From the human T2T-CHM13v2.0 reference genome, Homo sapiens: a DNA stretch of 64,000 nucleotides. This document shows positions 18,284 through 32,829 of the stretch, one piece after another; the stretch's first letter is position 1; each line of letters starts with the position of its first letter. The stretch lies in NCBI RefSeq assembly GCF_009914755.1, contig NC_060930.1. The stretch is one strand, 5' to 3'. The position numbers and the translations under genes are program-made. The notes beneath the pieces are model-generated. The model did no database searches and was not told the origin of the DNA. It saw nothing but the letters and a program-made list of their open reading frames with translations.

Positions 18284-18868
18284 AGCCTTGTGTCCCGGCG
18301 TCTGGCTCAGACTGCCCATGTTGGCCAGCAGAGTGGAATAGGCCTCCAGCTGGGAGCGCTGGGATGGAGTGGTGGCCCCTGCGGCCGAGGCCACTGCACT
18401 GGTGACGGGGTTGGCGGTTGGGGGGATCAGCTGTGATGGGATGAAGCTGGCATAGGTTCCACTGTATTGGGAGGACCCAATGAACTGGAAGGTGTGCGGC
18501 AGGTGAGCGTACTGCACGGGGGACACCGGGGTCCCTGGCTGCGGGGTGGCGTACGCGGCAGGCAGCGTGGTGGCCACGGGGACAGACCTGGGAGCGCTGG
18601 GCGGGGAGTAGTCCAGCCCTGTGGACAATGCTTTGTGTAAACCTATTCCCTGTTGTAAACCAAGCTCCACCGAGGTCCCTGCCGGCCCATGCCTCCCGCC
18701 CCCGTGGCCCCGGCCACCAGGGTTGCCCGGGAGCCATGCTGTGCCCTCCACCCGGTGGTTGTCGCTGGGCAGGGTAGGGGCCTTCTCCTCGGAGGACCGG
18801 CTGGTGGCGGGGATCTCGCGCTTCTTGGGAGGCAGGCATTCGTTGCTCCGCTCTTGGTTGGATTTCAT
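16949..18868 (-). CDS. ATXN1: Ataxin-1, first coding exon portion (codons 1-640); CDS continues in a downstream exon outside the window
   Basis: Translation MKSNQERSNECLPPKKREIP...polyQ...PPYFMKGSIIQLANGELKKVEDLKTEDF...GEHRAQ is recognisable ataxin-1. ATG at 18868-18866; phase-0 donor CAG|GTAACG at 16949/16948. Confidence 0.98.
18191..18280 (-). repeat. ATXN1: SCA1 trinucleotide repeat, (CAG)13 CAT CAG CAT (CAG)14, 30 units, normal-range interrupted allele
   Basis: Counted on + strand: (CTG)14 18191-18232, ATG, CTG, ATG, (CTG)13 18242-18280. Confidence 0.97.
18282..18839 (-). CDS. ATXN1: Alt-ATXN1, overlapping out-of-frame 185-aa ORF
   Basis: ATG 29 nt downstream of the main ATG, 185 codons (MPASQEARDPRH...DAGTQG), TGA immediately before the CAG tract. 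Matches the described Alt-ATXN1 protein in position and length. Confidence 0.85.
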
Positions 18869-18899
18869 TTTTCGCCGTCCCCCCTCCACGGTGACTGTT

Positions 18900-18989
18900 T
18901 CACTGTCTGGATGGCTCTGATTTTAGTCTGATAAACGGAAAGTCACATTTGATTTCTGTAGGGGATCCAGGCTCTTCATGAGGAATCAT
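18900..18989 (-). promoter_or_regulatory. uORF cluster in the exonic 5'UTR (29 aa 18989-18900; 18 aa 18979-18923; AUG-UGA 18948-18943)
   Basis: Three upstream ATGs read directly, each followed by an in-frame stop before the main ATG. Confidence 0.75.
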
Positions 18990-19028
18990 CTCCCCGTGGG
19001 TACAATCCGCCAACAGCAGCTCTGGATG

Positions 19029-19127
19029 CTGGGAAAGGGAAGAGGGCAGTGACAAAGGGAAAAGGAAAGGGAGGAGAAAGGGAAGGAGGGAAAGGACATC
19101 AGAACATGAGCACCGGGGAAAGAACAT
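19029..19127 (-). promoter_or_regulatory. 3' splice site with long polypyrimidine tract and about 97-nt AG-exclusion zone
   Basis: No AG on the - strand between 19031 and about 19127. Branch-point candidates are GTCAC (19053-19049) and CTGAT (19102-19098). Confidence 0.8.
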
Positions 19128-19218
19128 CTTTGGCAAGATTAAGACTAGGCCCTGGACTCGGTGTGAACTCCCATAACCCAATCATACCCCAAGCACTGAA
19201 GCAGAGAAAACACTAGCC

Positions 19219-19543
<325 letters not shown>

Positions 19544-19954
19544 TTATAAAGGAAGATTATGAAGACACTGGGCAAGTGAACACTGTAACACATATATTTT
19601 TTAATGGAGTTAACAACTCCCCTAAGATGTTCTCAATACCCTCTCTCCTGTTTTTTTTTCTCCTTTTCTTCTTCAAGGGCAGATGATGCAGTTCTTAAAT
19701 TTCCTTTTCAGAAATGTTGGTTCCATTTCTCACCTCTCCTTTGCCTGGCTGGAACATAAAATGAAGCCCTTGGAGAGCATGACACCAGCTGGACCCTGCC
19801 CTCAGAGCCAGGCACTGAGAAAAAGCAGGTTAGCAGTGAAAGTCCAGAACAGTCCTTGCACTCGATTTCTGAATCCTCATCTGCCAGAGCCACTACTCTC
19901 CAAGATTCCCCTTAGCTCTGGGTCCACACTGGACCTACGATTTCCTCTCCCTAA

Positions 19955-19984
19955 TACACACACACACAAACACACACACACACG
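19955..19984. repeat. Imperfect (CA)n
   Basis: acacacacacacaaacacacacacacacg. Confidence 0.85.
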
Positions 19985-20627
19985 CCAACTCAGCAGAGGC
20001 CGCCAGAAATAATCCTGTTCTCTGCAAGTTTCAAAAGAATTCCCAGTACAGCCACTCATATGATGACGGAGTGAGACTGTTAAAAACCGAATTTGATTAT
20101 GGTTAAAAAACCCAAATACCATACAAAAATAGGGCTAGTGCACTGAATGTTTTCTCAGTGGGTTACATGCTTGGTTTGTCCATCTCTCTCTTCCTTTTCA
20201 AGTTGTCATTGAAGTTCCCCTTCACACCGTCCCCTTTCTCATTGGAAAGTAACAACTCGCCATTAACACTAGAGACGACAGCTCTTTCAGACAAATCAGA
20301 TCAGTGTGTTCAAACCTGGACATACAAATGGTGACCCTGGAGCCAGTTCTTATGGTCAAGTATCTCAGTCTCTTACTAACCACTGAAGTCTGAGTTACTG
20401 CTGCTGTGTGGGCAAACCAATGCCCAACAGACAAGAGGCCAAATATCAGTGGAACTGACATGACCCAGGCTAGCAAGCAGCGGATGTGATTGCTTCCACA
20501 GGTAGCAGCTGTAGGTATGCACAGTGCAACATGCTGTGATTCTGAGAGCTGTGGGATTGGGCTTTGGGAATTCCACACCCTTGGGTTTTGGTATCTCACA
20601 TCCAGACCCTCTTTTCAATGATCTGAT

Positions 20628-20773
20628 TTTCTTTCTTTCTTTCTTTCTTTCTTTGGAGAGATGGGGTCTTGCTATGTTAACCAGGCTGGTCTTGAAATCC
20701 TGGCCTCAAGAAATCCTCCTTCCTTGGCCTCCCAAAGTGCTAGGATTCCAGGCATGAGCCACTGTGTGTAGCC
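20628..20773 (-). mobile_element. FLAM-like Alu monomer
   Basis: Single left-monomer-type sequence. Confidence 0.85.
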
Positions 20774-20947
20774 AATGATCCGATTTTAAAACAAACACAA
20801 TAAAGTAGCGGCCTTCAGCATTCAATCCTTGTCCATGTTGGAGCAACACTGAAATCCCTACTGAAACATAACCCCCTTTCTCTACTCTGCCCCCTACTTT
20901 GTAACTATTTTTTAGAGGGGGCAATGATTTTTTTCCTTCCTTCCTTC

Positions 20948-21237
<290 letters not shown>

Positions 21238-21528
21238 GCTTGGAAGGGGCAATGATTTAATGGCCCTTATTGGTTTTGCTCCAACATCATCAATGAACAT
21301 CATAATGAAATGACAAATGATACAACAGAAAGTTCTCAATCCTTAATGATTTTGATCAGATATCTAGGAAGGTGCAGGTTTAGAAATTTGGTGTCTCGAT
21401 ATCAAAGGACATTTCAGTAAGAATAGAATTTCTCATATGACAAGAGAGGCGCTTAAAGACTGGGACGGAAATGAAAAATAAGGTTAAAAAAACCCTAAAA
21501 CACTTATGCTGAAGAAATGAAGTGTTGA

Positions 21529-21862
<334 letters not shown>

Positions 21863-22055
21863 TAGGGTTTTTGTAAGTGACAAATAACTGTGTTCTGTAC
21901 AGCCTTCCCTTGTAAAAAGAAGTTCTAATAATGAACTTTTATCTTTAAATTTCAAGACTCACTCTTAAGAAAGGGAATGCCAAACGCTCCCACATTTCCA
22001 TACCAACGAGCAAGGAAAACTCATGCGTGAGACCTACTCAGAGAGAACCAGTCCA

Positions 22056-22072
22056 TGCGCCCCCTGCTGGCC
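22056..22072 (-). promoter_or_regulatory. CTCF motif (strong match)
   Basis: - strand GGCCAGCAGGGGGCGCA matches the CTCF core consensus, with TGCAG 5 nt upstream. Confidence 0.8.
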
Positions 22073-22840
22073 CTCCTGCAGCACTGATCCAATAAAACCC
22101 CACAGGGTTTCATGAGGGATATTTATGCAAGAGTGATGTGTCAGAATGCAAAATGAGAACATTTGCATATAGTAGGCCCAGCCAGTAAGGGAATAGGTTA
22201 ATTAGCCCAAGGCAGCACTAGGGAAGAAAAAGCAGCGGCATAAAAGTCCTTTCAAAGCCAAGTAAAATGTCAAACACATTCAGGAAGGGTCTATTAGCAA
22301 TGCAAATGTAACATTGCCTGTACAATTGAATGCACAATACACAAAACTAGAAAACTCCTCTGAAGGTACTTCTTTAGGAAGCCAGCTTTCGTAAATTTGA
22401 AAAAGAATGCTGACTTGGTTCTCAGTAGTGCTCAGGTTTAATTATACTGTTTATTTGAGAGACATCGGCTTAGTCAGCCCTGAAGACTCACTGGACTGGT
22501 CTTCTGCGAAATGATTGCTAAGACATATTGGCCTTAACACACAAATCCAAATTTATTCTTCTGAAAACTTATCCATTGATAAACAGCATCTTTTCCAGAG
22601 ATTGCCAATGAGAAATCAAGGACACAATGATTAAGACAGCAGTTGCAGCGAGCTGGGGCCAAACCGATAAAAGTTTCCACCCATCCTCCTCCTACATTTA
22701 GGGCTATTTACCAGTGCAGCACGGAGCAGACAGGGCTCTCTAACGCTGAGGTATGTGTCCCTTCTCTGGGCCCCGTAAGCTTTCAGTACTGATAAGGGGA
22801 AACCCACGGGTAGAGATTGGGTCTTGCTGTATTTTCAATG

Positions 22841-22858
22841 AACCACCAGAGGGCGCCC
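22841..22858 (+). promoter_or_regulatory. CTCF motif (strong match)
   Basis: CCACCAGAGGGCGC at 22843-22856. Confidence 0.75.
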
Positions 22859-23384
22859 CAGGATGGCACCACATTCCTGGTCTATCGGGTGATCATGGGA
22901 CTAAACAACAAAGAAGTAACTTATGAAGGTGGAAAAGTAGATTTGGAAAATAAGGAAGAGAGAAAAAGAAACGAAAGAAGAAAAAAGAAAAAAGGAGAGT
23001 GGGATTTCTGCTCTTAGAGTCTCTAGTTGCAGACAACTGGCCTCTGTGTCCTGAATTGCCCTCCCAGGGGACCCCCGAGGAGTTTATCTCTGGAAGCACC
23101 TGCCACAACAAAAAGATTTCTTCCAAACATGGGGCCATGCACAATTATATCAATGCCAAATTACCAGAGAGCCACATATGCAGATCGCACTGTTTAAACA
23201 TTCCTATTGGAAAAGGGAAATTGGAGGGAGAGTTAATAGATGAATCAAGACAAATGTATTTAGAGTTTGCTACCCATGGTTTGCCTGATAATCACTGTTC
23301 TGAATACATTCATCTTAAGCCGCTTTAGAGCTACATTAACTATCTCTCTATCATAATTTCTAAATTTAGCCCAGTGGTATAAGG

Positions 23385-23533
23385 CTTTGCTAGTCGAAGT
23401 GTGGTCCTCCGACCCGTGACATCAGCATCCTCTGCAAGTTTGCTGGAAATGCAGACTCTCAGGCCCCACCCAGTCCTGCATTTTAACAAGATATCCAGAT
23501 GATTCTATGCACAGTAAGGTTTGAGAAACCCTA
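23385..23533 (+). mobile_element. MER5A
   Basis: aagtgtggtcc...catcagcatc...gaaatgcagactctcaggccccacc...gtttgagaaac. Confidence 0.8.
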
Positions 23534-24459
23534 GCAGCTATCCGATTAAATTTTCTACTGCTAAACTCTTAAGCAAATTAAACATCTCTAGCCTCTTCCT
23601 AATGGAGCAGGCACTGGGAAACCAAACTAGGTGTTGTACGTAAACACAGAGTTGATGGAGCCTCGGAGATAAACATCTAATATTTAGGTGATGCTCCACT
23701 GCTTCCTCTGGGGTCATCTAAACCTAATACGGCTGCAAATAACAAATGCTGCTTTTCTTCTGGTTCTTTACACAACTGCAGAGAAATATACTTTAAAAAG
23801 GCTATTATCATAAATTTTATACACAACTCAATCATTCCCAGGAAGAAAAATGAAATTTAACAAAGGAAGCTCCACACTTCTTTCTTTGCTATAATTTCAT
23901 TTCGAGAAATTTTTTGCTATTACCATGGATTCAGACTGCTTGGGAAGTGATAGGAAAATGAGATGCTTCTGTGCTAGGGATGTGGGGAATATATGCCCAC
24001 TGACTGCAAGTCCAGTAAATAGCAGCCAACTGCTCAGAATGGAAGATGCTCTTAGAATTTGATATATAAACTCCTAAAAATACATCTTAAACCTAGGGCA
24101 AGAAAATGGGTTGCTTTTCCTACACCCCCAATCCTGTGCTTCTCAGTTTGAATGAACCCATGGCTGCCTGGCCTGTATATCTATGGACAAACAGGGCACG
24201 GTTTCAGCTTTAAAGAAGAGGAAGAGCAGGCTGATGAGCTTGTGCCAGGACTGGAAAAACTACGTATGCAAACACTGAAGAGGGCAGAATACCTGGGTGT
24301 GAGGACAGAGGTTACTTGGGCATGTCAAGGATTCTCAAAGTGCTGACTCACCAATCTCCTTCCAGCTTTATTACATCACTAAACTGGAAGGCCTGTGTGG
24401 TGCACTGGCAGAAAGCACTTCATTTTGGCCAAGCATTAAAAACAGGTCCAAACCCGACA

Positions 24460-25600
<1,141 letters not shown>

Positions 25601-26154
25601 GGGTAGGGGTCCCTGCCCTGGTTGGGTGTTCGAACTACTTACTCTACATTTTTTTGCCATTAGGAACATTCTGAGACTGTGATTCCACTCTGTGTCAAGG
25701 TGGCTGGCTTGTCATCCCAGTCTACTGTCACAATTTCTTCTTGCTGTGTCCTCAGTGGAAACTGACTATTGACCTTCTCTTCCATGTCTATCTAAGCGTG
25801 GAGCTTCATGGGGCAGGCCTCTTGGCCCAAAATGAGGAGGCTCCTGAAGGGGACTGAAGGCCCTGTCTAGAGACATCCAGGCCAGAAACCACCAGAGAGG
25901 CGAGCTGGGACCTGGCACAACTTTGTAGAAGATGCTGTCTGAGAGCCTCGCCCCAACGCGCTCGGGTTTCCCTTCTCGGCTCTGCACCCCTGGGACATGG
26001 GATCTTGCTCTTCACGGAAGTGTAGTGAGTGAGAAGAGAAAAAGCAAGAAATGAAAGCTCGTAATCCAAGCTAGAAGGAGTCCACACGAGGGCCTAAGGA
26101 CATAAAAAATAAATAATTTTATGTATCTTAATTTTTATCATGAATAAGGAAGGA

Positions 26155-26602
26155 CAGTGGGTTGAATGGTAGATCCCTAAAAGTTATGCCCACTCAGAAC
26201 CTGGGAATGGCTTTATTTGGAAAAAGGGTCTTTGCAGATGTAATTATGGATTTGGAAATGAGATCATGCTGGATGATCCAGGTGGGCCCTCAATTCAAAG
26301 ACAAATGTCCTTATAAGAGAAAGGCAGAGAAAGATGTGAGATGTACAGAGGCAAAGGCCCTGTGGAGGCAGAGGCAGAGAGACTGGAATGACGCAGTCCC
26401 AAGCCAAGGATCACCCGAAGCTACTAGAAGCAGCAAGAAGCAAGGAAAGATTATCCCCTAGAGCCTATGAAGGGAACATGGCTCCACCAGCACCTTAATT
26501 TTAGACTTCAAGCCTCCAGGAGTGTTAGAGAATACTTTTCTGTTGTTTTAAGCCACGATATGTTTTGGTAATTTATTATGGCAGCCCTAAGAAACCAATC
26601 CA
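26155..26602 (+). mobile_element. MLT1 (B/C-like) MaLR LTR
   Basis: ttatttggaaaaagggtctttgcagatgtaatt...ggcagccctaagaaaccaatcca. Confidence 0.88.
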
Positions 26603-26619
26603 AATATCTTCCATTTATT

Positions 26620-26780
26620 GATTACTTATTATACATGCCAAGAACCTTACTTAAATATCTCATTTACTCTTCATAACAAATTTGTGAGGTTTGTATTATT
26701 ATCTCCATTTTCCAGATAAGGACACTGAGGTTTTCCCAAGGCCATACAGTCAGAGGTAGAACTAGCACTGGAAATCACTT
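26620..26780 (-). mobile_element. MIR
   Basis: tattattatctccattttccagataaggacactgagg. Confidence 0.7.
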
Positions 26781-28769
26781 TCTTAGTCTACCCAACCATG
26801 ATGCGGGTTACACTCACCTCCTGGCTATGGCGATGGCAGCCTCATAGCAAATATGCCTATTTATTTTTCATGTAGAAAAGGGACAGAATGCACAGGGATA
26901 AGTAGGGGAAAAGATGTCTAGGGGACCTCTGCACCATGTTGACTAATCAAGAACTGCAGCTGGTGAGACGTTCAGTAAGGAAGAGACTGATCAGTGACCA
27001 AGGAAGAGAGGTCAGGATGTTTGTATTTCCCAGGCAAGCAAGCAGGGGACCTCAGGCTCAGCAGCCAAGTTCAAGACCACCCACCCAATTGTGATCCAGG
27101 CCATAGGAGTGGTGAGACTGCAGAAGGAGCCTCTGGCACAGGTCGGACGTGAGGAACTGAGAGCACTAACATGCTTTTGAAACAAGCTCTCTCCCTCTAG
27201 TGTCACAAGAAGCAAGTTCAAGCCTGCAACCTGGCACAGGCTCCCCTGAGTCCGTGGCAGCCAGCAGCACACACCACATTTTCCTTTTCTTTGAGGCAAG
27301 ACCTTCCTGGGGGTGGTTGGGTCAGGGGAATCTGCCACTACCACTGCCAGCTGGGACTGCAGTGGGTCAAGCAAAGGCAGGAGAAAAGCAGCCCCACTAC
27401 TTATATTATCAGCACCACGAATAGTAGTGTTTTTTGACCCCATGCATCTATAGACTTTTTGGGCAATGGATACGACTATACTTGAAGCAATGATTAAAAA
27501 ATTTAAATCCACCCAAAATAATAGTCTCATTCGGGTGGTCGCTGGCTTGGGTAGCTCTGCGTCCAGTGGGGAGTTGTTCTTTGATTAAGGGCCTTGAAGG
27601 GGAGGCTGGAAAGAATTCCTCAAGACACACAGCTGCACTGGCTGCCATTCTGCTGAACTTGTCTGCTTGGCACGTGGTTAAGTTGCTGTCTCCCTTATCC
27701 CTAAGTGGGGCTGAGTGATTTGCTACTACCTGTCCACATAATGGAGGGCCAGGCTTCATCAATTCTTAGATTCCTGGCTTCTGCCATTGCTATTCGTAGT
27801 GAGCAGATGACAGTTCTGGGGGTGCAGTTAGTGAGCTCTGCCACCCCTGGAAACATCAGGACATCGGCCATGTGGCTGGGGTCCCCCTGCGTGGCTCATG
27901 GCACATGTCCGTGAGAGCTGGAGGATCAGCCTGGATGAGGAAGGAGGAGGGGCGGGGCCACAGCTTGGCTGGGCCATCCCTAGAAGCCGGCTCACATGGA
28001 AAACGCGCTGCAGTGGCTGTGTAGCCAGTGTCTCTGGCGGCCTGCCCATGCCGGAATTCCTGGAAAGGCTCAAGATGGAAAAATAACCATCTGGATCCAA
28101 GCTGGTCCCAAATGAATTGTCTGACAGAGGTTGAGTTGGAGTTTTTAAGAAAAGCTGGAAATGCCTTTCTGTCAAGACCTTTCCTGATTCAATACAGAAG
28201 CAAATACTTTTTTGCTTTAAAGCGTAGTGCATTCCAGGTTAGCTACCCGGGGGCACCCACGTTTCTGTTTATCCACCACTCTGGTTGAAGGCTGGGAACA
28301 GTTACACAGATGCTTTCCACGCTGCCTGGAGTTAGTGGTTCTCATCCCAGTCCAGACTAACTTGTTTCAAAGTGAGAGGAAGTGAGCCCTCTTCATTATC
28401 TTATTTCAAGGACTGATGCAAGAAGATGAAAAGTATTGGCCAAGGTAACACAGTAAGAACTGGGGTCAGGAGGATGAGAACCTGTCACTTTGACTCTCAC
28501 TTGAATGTTTCTTACCACCACTGTGATAGATCTCACTACCCGATGCACGAAGCATTCACATCCACTGTCCTATTTAGAATATCAAGATAAATATTAATAT
28601 TATTATTACTAACAATGATGATAATAGATCAATAATATTCCACTGCTATTACTACTAAGGACACACAGAATTGTAGTTAGAGTGGGCTACGCCGTAAGGT
28701 AGAGAACAGGTTCAAACCTTGGCTTTACCCCAAACCACCTATGTTATCCATTTTTAAAAATATAATTTT

Positions 28770-29118
<349 letters not shown>

Positions 29119-30332
29119 TCAACAATGTGTAAAGTTGTAATCTCTGCCTTTAAAATGGGGAAGAATTAACATGCACAGTGCCTAGTATAACACACACTCA
29201 GTACATGGTCGCCATCGTAGTTATAATTCAATAAACATTTCCTCATGAATTCTCAGTGATCACCCACACTTATCTGTTGCTCATCTCTCCTGGCCATGAT
29301 GTAATCAATACAACACCTTCAAACTATCAATTCTTTCAAACATCTGTTTTTTCCTCACATCTGTGATAGAAAAAGAGGAAGTGATGGGTGTTTGAGAGTT
29401 CATTTTTTTCTTCACTTGATAGGTGGGATAATATTTATAAGTGCCCAATGTGCAGACCCCTATGCACACCAACAAGAAGGAAGGCAATTCAGCACACAAG
29501 CAGAATAAACAGAAAGCTCAGACGCTAAACTCAAGGATGGCATTTCCAGGGAAGGGTTAAGTGCAATGCCTCCGTGTTTCACTCTGCCTGCTTTTCCACA
29601 ATACTTTTTGGATGAGTAATTCCCAAGACGCATGGTGGGGAAATGCAGAATCCTCCTTCCACATCCCGCAGGGAAGGCTGCCAGCTGTCTACCCGCACAC
29701 ACACTCACGAGCTTCACCACACAACACGATGCAAAGCGCCAGCAACTGCTCCAGGAGGCCTAGGCTGGATCCTGCCAGCCACCAGGGGGCTGGGTTTCCA
29801 GGACATTAGACAGCCCCAGTCTACAACAGAGAACATAAAACTCTCCATCAAGTCAGGAAAAAGGTCTCGTGGGAACTGAGGTACTCTGGGAGAGTCTTAA
29901 AACTATTCACTGTCCTTGGTGTGGCTGAATGAAAGCAAAGCCAATGCCTCCAGATAATTCATAAACTAACCAGCTGTTCCTCCAGGTGTCACACACTGGC
30001 TTACCTTCTATGGTGGTTTCAGTCACTGAGACACTGCACAATTCAATGCTCTCAACTGCAAAGACCCCAAGACCTCCCGGGACCCAGGCTCTCTAAGGCA
30101 CAGCAGGCAGGACAAGTCACGATGCTTAATTTGTGCAGGCTACAGCAATGCTTTACATATAAATAACAACTAGCATATGATCACCCCATTTCAAAGACAA
30201 GGACATTGAAGCTCAGAGTGTAAGTCACTTGCCTAAGATTACATGGCTAAAAAAGGGCAGAAACAACACACAAAAAATCCTAATATGAAAACTTGGGATC
30301 TAGTTCTTGGGTTGTGTAGTGGGTCATTAGTG

Positions 30333-31245
<913 letters not shown>

Positions 31246-31894
31246 TAGCTAGTGATGGTTATACACTTAAATAGGCCAAGTAATAAAATATAACAACGTT
31301 GAAGTAACATCCATCAGCGTTCAGTGATAAGAATGCCTTGTGAAACAATAATTAGGTTAATCTAAATTGGTATACCCCAAACTGTGGCCAGGGAACAGGC
31401 AGATGGGTGGTACAGAAAGGAACAGGGATATATATTACTCAGTGTAATGTCACCAGGGCCAAAGGCTCAGAGAAAGCCTCCCTGTGGAAATCTCCCCAAT
31501 GGCACATACATGTAAGAAGCACTGAGTGGATCAATTTTTGGGGTACAGAGTTCAAAGTGTTGGAGCAATGGGGGAACACATCAGCTAACTTCCGGTGTCT
31601 TAATATCCTCAGCCCACTGAGTGAAATTGACTTACTAGAAATCTACCATAGAATACTGAACATCCCAACAGACCAAATGGAGGAGTTGGCTCCCGCACTT
31701 GGCTCTGCAGATTTTGGGGACATATTTCCTCCACAATACAAAGGAGGATGCACATGTACCTGGGACACTACTGGTTTCACTGTGTTTGTGGTCATGCTGA
31801 ATAATGGTGTATCAGTGGCAGCAGCTCTGGCTGAGAGACCAGAACCCTTGCAGCCTTAGTACTAGGGCCATACTCTCTCACCTGCAGAATAAGA

Positions 31895-32377
<483 letters not shown>

Positions 32378-32436
32378 GGTATAGAGGATCTTTAAGCCCC
32401 CTAACTCCATCTGTCCTTGGCAGTATGTCTCAGTGA

Positions 32437-32741
32437 TTTTTTTTTTTTTTTTTTTTTTGAGACGGAGTCTCGCTCTGTCACCCAGGCTGGTGTGCAATGG
32501 GTGCAGTCTCGGCTCACTGCACCTCCCAGGTTCAAGTGATTCTCCTGCCTCAGCCTCCCAAGTAGTTGGGATTACAGGTGCCTGCCACCACACCTGGCTA
32601 TGTTATTTTTATTTTTATTTTTGGTAGAGACGGGGTTTTACCATGTTGGCCAGGCTGGTCTCAAACTCCTGACCTGAGCGATCCACCTACCTTGGCCTCC
32701 CAACGTGCTGGGATTACAGGCGTGAGCCACTGAGCCCGGCC
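32437..32741 (-). mobile_element. AluS
   Basis: Alu consensus; TSD tgtctcagtgattt. Confidence 0.93.
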
Positions 32742-32829
32742 TGTCTCAGTGATTTTAATTACAGCAGCCAATCCTTTTCCCCACTTTGCCAACACAAAAG
32801 TCGTGTTCTAACCTCCTTTAATCATACTT

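Larger units (their letters stand above)
16950..18890. other. Intragenic CpG-rich / GC-rich segment coinciding with the exon
   Basis: Visibly dense CG dinucleotides compared with the CpG-depleted flanking introns (not computed). Confidence 0.7.
16949..19028 (-). other. ATXN1: Large internal ATXN1 exon, 2080 nt (160 nt 5'UTR + 1920 nt CDS)
   Basis: Acceptor ...CCCTTTCCCAG|CATCCAG after a long polypyrimidine tract (AG at 19030-19029); donor GT at 16948-16947. Confidence 0.92.

Noticed and set aside
16904-18889. 661-aa ORF as the complete ataxin-1 protein
   Set aside because: The ORF caller starts at an upstream GTG and runs past the splice donor. The canonical CDS here is 18868-16949 and continues in an exon outside the window.
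25889-25904. CTCF-like CCACCAGAGAGGCG
   Set aside because: Spacing and core deviate from consensus; much weaker than the pair at 22 kb.
27409-27424. RE1/REST-like site TCAGCACCACGAATAG
   Set aside because: The left half matches, but two changes fall in the critical GGACAG half-site; too weak without ChIP data.
27012-27530. 172-aa - strand ORF
   Set aside because: No recognisable homology or supporting exon structure; compatible with chance.
31407-31859. 150-aa + strand ORF
   Set aside because: Non-ATG start, no recognisable domain, antisense intronic position.
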